Source: Ramazzottius varieornatus (Eukaryota > Animalia > Tardigrada). Taken from it: DNA of 64,000 nt. The translations under genes were made by a program, and so were the position numbers. The DNA is taken from assembly GCA_001949185.1 (NCBI GenBank), contig BDGG01000001.1:1920478-1984477 (forward strand), in the 5' to 3' direction. This document shows, one piece after another, positions 56,789-64,000 of this stretch. The notes under the pieces are model-generated. The model was not told the DNA's origin and searched no databases. It saw only the letters and a program-made list of their open reading frames with translations. The stretch's first letter is position 1. Every line of letters begins with the position of its first letter.

Positions 56789-57475
56789 ATGGTGCGGATG
56801 AATGTGCTCGCCGACGCGTTGAACGCCATCAACAATGCCGAGAAGCGAGGAAAGCGACAGGTGATGATCAGACCTGCATCCAAAGTCATCATCAAATTCC
56901 TGACTGTGATGATGAAGCACGGTAAGTCAAACTTGACTATGAGGCATAAAACAGACATACCTGGACAATGTTCGGATTTTCTTCCAGGTTATATTGGTGA
57001 ATTTGAAATCATAGACGATCATCGTGCTGGAAAGATCGTCGTAAATCTTAATGGACGTCTCAACAAGGTAACGAATCATTCCCTGACTGTTACAAGGGCT
57101 GGCTCTGATGCGAGATTGTCTCTTCTAGTGCGGTGTTATCAGTCCCCGATTCGACCTGGCCATAAGAGACTACGACCGTTGGTTAGGCCGACTTCTCCCT
57201 TCGCGTCAGTTTGGGTAAGCTTGATTGTGTTGTTTGTGATTGATTGTCTTGAATGTCTTGAATTCTGCCATCTACCAGTGATTTCTTCCCGGCGAGTTTG
57301 TAGTGGTCCTGGTTCCAGATGTGTCTCGCTGTTTTGATATGATCCGAGCTGTGATAGTGAGACGCATTTTTATTCTTTCAGATTTGTAGTCCTCACAACC
57401 TCCAGTGGCATCATGGACCACGAAGAAGCTCGAAGGAAGCATGTAGGAGGCAAAATTCTAGGCTTTTTCTTCTAA
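56789..57475 (+). CDS. RPS15A: 40S ribosomal protein S15a (uS8), 4 coding exons
   Basis: [25 protein letters not shown]...[36 protein letters not shown]...[27 protein letters not shown]. Confidence 0.98.
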
Positions 57476-58048
57476 CGTTATTTTATCCACTGTTCTTGAA
57501 ACCCGACTTCGATTTCCATCGTTCGACTGTAGACAACCGTCTAATAAAGGAGATGCCTGGCTGGCTTTTGGTTCTGCGATTTTACTGGAATTCGGCCTGA
57601 ATACGTACCTTTAATCAAGATGTTCCGAGTAAAACGACGAATGAAACTTCGGTGGTGTTCGAGCTCTGAGGGGTCTTCGCCCTAAGATGTTCCGATAAGT
57701 AGCCTTGGAATCCTTGAGAGATACTCGTCAGGTTTCAGGAATTTGCGACAGCACTGACAGGAAATCGTCAGTATGGGTAGTAATGTGGTCGTCCGAAACG
57801 CCAGTCTACAATATCAATCAAGCTCTTCACGAAAGCGACAAAGTTCGTTCGGTAACTTCAGTATCAATGATATTATTTTGATTTTCATTTTCTCGTTCCC
57901 GACACCCGAGAAGAGCTTTCCCGATGTGTTCCAGTAATCCGCTTGAAACAATTGTATACTGAGGCTGGTGAGTGCTGACTGGATTTAGACTGGTCGGATA
58001 AGTTTTGCAGGTTTCATACCAGCCAAGAGCGGAACGCCGAAGGAGGAT

Positions 58049-59634
58049 ATGGAATCTCCCAGAGCGGCCACCAAGCTTATCCACGATTTCACCAAAGATT
58101 TGGAGCAGCAAAGAACAGAAGGAATTACCCGTCAAGGACCGACGCTGGCCAACGACGAAAAGCTGCTAGGCAGTCTGATGGAGTTTTTGCTGTCCGAACA
58201 AGCCGTGGACGAACAGACCTTGCTGGAACGTTTCTACACCCAAATGCTGCGCTGTTATCGCACCTTTGACGAGTACCTCATGAAGTTTGTCTGCCAGTTC
58301 ATCTTCTGCTTCATATGGCGACATTTCAGTGATCTCCTAAAGTCTCGGCAGTCCGGCGCAGCCATTCGCCCAGGTTTGGACGCTCTAATAGTCGCCATAT
58401 ACAACATGAGCATCGTTGATCGAGAGGGACATCCTCGGGTGCAGACGTACACCGTTCCTTCGCTCGCTGTCCCCAGTATTTACCACGATCCTGCTGAATT
58501 CACCGCACAAATCCTCAAAGATAGCACGAGAGTACGAGGACAAGAAGAGAGGCGGGTGATCGTGGGAAATTATCCGCCTGTGGAAGCTTTGACGAGGACG
58601 AAGAAGTGGGTTGTATTCAGGATCCTGATGCGCAGTATGAGCCAGGATCTCGCTTACCATTCCAAAGCCTGCCAGAAGAGCTTCATCATCATGTGCCGCT
58701 TGCTAATACCTTCATCGACACCCACGATCGCCAGGACCGATGTCAGCTTCTCGGCGAGGAAGGAAGCTACTCCCTTTGATCGCCTGCAGAACAAGTTGCA
58801 GTCAACATTCACGGGAATGGGAAAAGAACGGGAAAAGGAAAAAAGCAGGTATGTGTTCCGTTGATTGTTTGCTTGACGTAAAGGCAATGTTGTGACTTGC
58901 AAGCGATACTGATGCATGACGTCACGAGTGCTGTGTACTGAGTTACATGAGTTCTGCCAGCACACACGAGGTATTTCGTGATGTTGTCAGTGGACAGGAA
59001 ATACCTCGGAAGGGTGCACCAGTTTTGTTGCTTTGACTGATTTGCGGCCACAAAGCTTAGCAACCGATTCTGTTCTTGCAGAGGAGCCATTGTCCAGACG
59101 AGGATCGTTCTAGACGAGCGCTTCCTCCTCGATTCCTTGGACATTCTCTTTATCCTCGCTTATCAAGGTCTGTTCGAAGAGTCCCTCGGGCTAGTCCTCG
59201 ATCTCGTCGAAGAAGGTGAGTACCGTCTTCTGGCTTCGGTCGTGCTAGTCGGAAGTGCCATACGGAACCGCCTCGAAACCAGTAAGAAAGAACCTGACGA
59301 AGTGGATGAAATACCGCCGATCGTGATAGTCTCCACCAGCGTCGAAGAACCTTCAAAGAAGAGCTGGCCCTCGGCTAATGGCTCTGTGAGGGAAAGAAGG
59401 AAGAAGTCGACAGTGAAGCGCGAAGGTTCGGCCACGTCGAAACACGAGTCTTTCCACGAAATTAGCGAAGTGGACGGGGCTACTTCCGCCATGAAGGAAC
59501 TAGTGAATGACTCGATTATAGAGCACTATACTGAGCGAGTCTCGCCTCCCATTCGCTCGATTGAAAGCTCGCCGGTGCATTCGGTCAACCTGTCACCGAG
59601 AAGCATGAACGGCGTCGCGGAAACGAACGTCTGA
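58049..59634 (+). CDS. FAM126: Hyccin/FAM126 (PI4KA complex subunit), 2 coding exons
   Basis: LDALIVAIYNMSIVDREGHPRVQTYTVPSLAVPSIYHDP matches the hyccin signature. Second exon RIVLDERFLLDSL...VVLVGSAIRN. Confidence 0.8.
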
Positions 59635-59966
59635 GAGACGGACGACTTATGTCTCTTGTGTGTAGATCATTTTCCGGTACGTCGAGAAGGCTCTCTTGTG
59701 GTGATCTGTGTTGAGTTGTACTTTTGTGTAATAGTTGCTAAGTTGATTCGTTTCTTTGATAGATGTTTTCTCTTCAGTCTTTGTGAGGCTGTTTATTCCG
59801 CTCAAACTACGCTGCGAAGTGAAGCAAGTGATACGTTTTCGTCCTGTCAAATACGTAGGTAGGCTTTTCCACTTCAGAATTCTATGGGGAAATTTTGCCG
59901 GAAGTTTGAGAGAGATAACTGTGAATTATTCAAATGAGTGACAAAATAATGGTGTGACAAAATGAG

Positions 59967-60075
59967 AGGCAAACGAAATGTCGTTCAAGGTGGTCATTGT
60001 AAGTGGCGCACACTTCCAGCCATTAACACGGAAAACGTGCGCCACTTAATATTGCGATCCTGGACCTTTGCTGGT
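59967..60075. repeat. Palindromic element copy 19 (just upstream of CFAP299 ATG, probably a 5'UTR intron)
   Basis: taagtggcgcac-N25-gtgcgccactta; acceptor ttgtag at 60106. Confidence 0.85.
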
Positions 60076-60114
60076 CTTCCACTCCCGTTTGTAAACTGTT
60101 TTGTAGAACTAAAT

Positions 60115-62749
60115 ATGGATGATCATCACGATGAGAGCCATCGAGACTCTTTCGGTAATCTGCTCAAAGCCGGTGATGACGTTGTGGGAGATAAGCGAGC
60201 TGCGGCGACCGTTCGTCTCGATCAAATAGCCCGGAAGTACGCAACCTACGAAGATTTCCTCGACAGCCAAGTCAACGAGATGGACATGTTCTACCTGGAA
60301 GATCGCGGTATCGCTCGAACCATCAAGGAACTAGGCTTTCATGGTAACTCTGAGAAAATCACACGGACTCAGTTCTCTGAACGAAAAGCCGATCTAACCG
60401 TCATAAGAAAGATCGAAGAGTTCAAGTCTGGCGCGAAGTATCTGTACACCGATCGGGATGCGTTCCTGCTAGAACTGGCACGAAGAGAAGACGCCAACTT
60501 GTCCGGAAGACTGCTGACGGTCATTTACGTTCGAGACAGGAATCCGAAAGGACAGGAGATTTCCTCGTATGTTGATTATGCGCAAAGGTTAAGAGACGAT
60601 GACTTTGCGAGTATCTTTGCCGGGAGAGACAGGCTGGTTCCCAAAGTGACGGACTTGAGTCACTACAACTGGGATACGAATGTGTCCCATAGCACCAACT
60701 CGCCGAACTTTGATGTGATTTTCCATGGGCGGGGAGGTATAAAGTTGAAGTGCAAGAAGGATCGCCGACTGGTTCATCTGGATCCAAACAGGAAGATCAC
60801 GGACACTAATGTTGAAGACACTTCTCGGACATTGGTCCGCTCTCGCAGTTATGCACAGGTACGCGTATGGATAGCCTCTCTCGCAACCTCAAATACTGTT
60901 TTATGAGAACTGTTTCTGGCACTTTCTCCAGTTGTCAAGAAACAAAATTTCATTTGATGACACCGAATCGGTGTCGACGGTTGTGATTAAAATTCATCAA
61001 GGAAGAAGAAGAATAATGCCAGCTCCTGCTTGGGCCTGACGTCACTACGGGCTGTACCAGCTGGGTCTTCAACCCATTTTCCACCACATCATTCTGAATA
61101 ATTATGGAAAGGTCCGAAAGACAGCCATCAGATTTTCACTCTGCATACGGGTATCAGCGGCCCAACTTGGGGACAAACTTTTCTGAAACCGAATGAGCCT
61201 TTTCTCAAACGCTCAAGAATGTTTAGGGTCATCGGATGCTAAGCTCGCTATGCTTCGTCACGGCTTAATGCTTAAAAAAACTGTTCGCCCTTTCAACAAG
61301 ATATCCTCGAAACTTACAGGGGTGAATACCTGCCAATACACCCCCACATGGGGGCTTGATGCCGAAAAGGATGCATGTACATTTGTACGCAGCATGATGT
61401 CATTCCGACGCAAAGAATTTTGCAGTCACAAATTGAAACCGCTTGAGATGTTCCTGTCACAACCCAAGCAGAGCTTGGGTTCCTGTTCCTCGATGTTTGA
61501 TACATCGGACTGCGTTTACCCTTAAGGTGCCAAAACTTTAAACTTTATTCCTGTACAATTTGGTGGGTGAATGAATGAATGATTGTCCCCAAACTGGGCC
61601 GCCGATTCCCATACACACATCTTGGGCATTCTTGGCTTGTCTGACGTTTTTCTATGAGCGTTTGCAATAGTGATAAGTTACCGAACCTTTTGTTAACAGT
61701 GCTGGGGTAGACGAGTAGTAGAATCTCTGTGTTGGTACTTCTGTCTTAAGGTTGTCTTGTTCGACCACTACATTCGCTTCTGGGCAAACGAAGAAAACTA
61801 CACACCTAGCCAAGAGAAAATCCGGGAAGGAGTTATACCTGAACAAGGCTCCGGAAGCGACATCGATCTCTTCGACAAAGTGACCGCAGCTATCTACGAA
61901 GAAGACCTGCTGGAAATCGCCCGCAATGCTCTAGGAGGTGCCCTGCATCAAGAGCACACCGGCGAATGGGCTCCCGCAGATGTCTTGGTGAACAGCTCCC
62001 TTGATGGACAGAAAATAAGCGATACGATAAACGAACTGAAAGAGAAGTCGCTGGAGACCTCCGTCTTGGGCACCATGCGAGATCTGTATGAAGCCCACAA
62101 ACACGATGTGTCGTTTGGTATTTTGGGTAACTTCACTTTCGTCCAAATGATCGAACAGCTAGGGAAGCTGTTGCCGGAAAGGGAAAAGGAAAAGACGGAC
62201 GCGGAAGTGGCGAAGATTGCCGATGGTACAGCAAACGCTATGGTGAAGATACCCGATCAGGATCTACCACTCGTTTCAAGTAACGTCGACCAACTTGTGG
62301 AAGGCTACGAAGCTCTTGATGGTGGAACAAGTTATGGAGAACCTTATGGTGGGAAACATGTGGCTAATCCTTTGGACGAGTTCTCACCGAAGCCGGAAAA
62401 GTCCAGCTTGCAAGTTCCTCAACCTAACAAAGGACCGCTTGATTCAGCTTCGCATAATGATATTATCAAACGGTTATATCCGCAAAAGTCGCAAGACATG
62501 AAGCAAGTGCCTTCTGTGGTGAAGAAGTCGTCGAGTAGTTTGGGCGGAGGGAAGGGGAAGTCGTCCGAAGAGAAGCTCAGTAGTGCGCCGAAGACCCAGA
62601 CTGAATACTTCCGGCAACTGGAAGCGCGGATACAGCAGGTCTTCCAGAAAAATGACGCAGCGAAGCAGGCTGCCGCTTTGTCTCCTTACCCCAATGTTGT
62701 GGATGTGGATCGCATAAAACCTTCGGACAATCGGAAGCAGTTGAGCTGA
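60115..62749 (+). CDS. CFAP299: CFAP299 (C4orf22/DUF4464) homolog with ~320-aa C-terminal extension (exons 60115-60858, 61751-62749)
   Basis: YEDFLDSQV...YLED..IARTIKELG, FLLELARRE, IYVRDRNPKGQEISSYVDYAQRL, DLSHYNW, KKDRR. A phase-0 splice completes YAQ|VVLFDHYIR. Confidence 0.82.
61148..61611. mobile_element. Degenerate MITE in CFAP299 intron
   Basis: 29-bp TIRs CGGGTATCAGCGGCCCAACTTGGGGACAA / TTGTCCCCAAACTGGGCCGCCGATTCCCA with about 5 mismatches, flanked by TA. Confidence 0.7.
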
Positions 62750-63084
62750 GCCGCGGTGACGTCGGCAAGCTGTGAAGATCGGCCGGTTCGACTTTCTTTT
62801 ACTCCTTTTCAGCTAAGTTTTCATTCGGCTAGAATATTATAATTATTTTCGAAGAATACAGGGACCTCACTTTCTGTGTAAAGTCAGTGAGGCAACCGTA
62901 AGTGGCGCGCGACAATGGTCGCTCCGAAGACTTTAATCGTTATCGGCGTTTGTCGTTCGCAGAACAAGACACATGTGGTATCATTGGCCAAAGTCAATAG
63001 AGATCAGCATAAACTATACGCCAAAAGAGCCCTTGCGTTTTCGGGGAAAGCCATTACAATCGGCGGCGTCAAAATCAATTTGTG

Positions 63085-63851
63085 TCAAATGATCGATTCT
63101 CTGTTAGGCTTCTCCAAGGGTGGCGCTAGATCAGGCGGCAGCGGTGTCAACTCTGAGAAGTCACTACCACTGGGACTGTCACTGCCGCAGATGTGCATCT
63201 CAATCTCTTGCAGCCGATGTTCCACTTCCCACTGTTGCTGGTTCAGTTTCGTATTTAGCGTACTATTTTCGGCTTCCAATTGAGCCAGTCTTTCCCGTAG
63301 CCGCTGGATCTCGGCCACAAAGTCCGCTTCGGTCGTCGAGTTCCCCACCAGACTTCGCGCATCATCCGCTGACATTGTACCGGGTGTTGTCGACCGGCTT
63401 TGACCGTTGGACAGGGACCGATGACTTCTACTGGGAACTGCTAGATGGTTGGTATACGCTGAGGTCGACGCTAGGTTGTACATGGAATGTGGTTGCGGGG
63501 AATGGTAGCCGGCGCCGGCTTGAGAGGAGGCCAGAGGAAGAGCCGAAGGAACGCTGAGCGTGGGTCGGGACATGGGTGGTGGCTCGCTTTGAGTTTGATG
63601 AAGGGATGGTTGGATGACAATGTGTGCTGTCGCTGGTGGGGATTGGCCCATAGGTTGAGACTCTTCGATGGGAGTCATACTACTAGCTGTTCGAGGTAGC
63701 CCCGAGGGCATGGACATTGCGGACTGAATGGGAACGAAAGTGGCGCGGTCCATGGTGGGATTTTCGTCCGGATGGAGATGAGGCTCGACGAGTCCGGGCG
63801 TACTTTGACTTCGATTTATAGTAGGGGTGGGACCTGTAATGGGAATGACAC
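63085..63851 (-). CDS. Last exon of a gene running off the window: Ser/Pro-rich region, coiled coil, C-terminal ESII (possible PDZ ligand)
   Basis: Open frame after acceptor ttctctag at ~63852. Heptad pattern EIQRLRERLAQLEAENSTLNTKLNQQQWEVEHRLQEIE. Confidence 0.65.
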
Positions 63852-64000
63852 CTAGAGAAAAGCTGACCGTGCTTTTGATTCACATACAGGCGGTAAAATA
63901 CTGTACAACCAAGTTATGAGTAGAACGCAGGAAACTGTCACATTTGAGTGTTATGCACGTTATGGAAGAAAAACCGCACAAGTGAGTAGTAAATCGAACT

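Noticed and set aside
57215-57381. Canonical H/ACA or C/D snoRNA in the RPS15A intron
   Set aside because: No clear ANANNA/ACA or C/D boxes; kept only as a hairpin finding.

Overview
Eukaryotic, gene-dense animal DNA with short (mostly 55-200 nt) spliceosomal introns. The compactness and arthropod-like proteins fit a tardigrade such as Ramazzottius, but that is inference. Spliced genes I can support: a small C2H2 zinc-finger protein, SPDEF/Ets98B-like ETS factor, METTL25-family methyltransferase, NAK/AAK1 kinase, SLC22 transporter, XRCC1, NDUFB6, a giant disordered FSIP2-like protein, a divergent Rab11, TTC27, SLC25A32 (two alternative C-termini, one GC-AG intron), sideroflexin, MDH1, RPS15A, hyccin/FAM126, CFAP299 with a long C-terminal extension, and a partial gene at the right edge. 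Mobile DNA: a 2.4-kb Tc4/Tc5-like transposon (149-bp TIRs, TGA duplication at CTNAG) and two or three MITEs. The most striking unexplained signal is a ~105-bp palindromic element, core AAGTGGCGCAC-N24-26-GTGCGCCACTT, at 19 loci (23 units). Nearly all sit inside introns, and the cores and spacing are much better conserved than the rest of the element. Non-coding TGACGTCA (CRE) octamers are also about 10-fold over-represented. Exon coordinates were read by eye and are approximate where stated.
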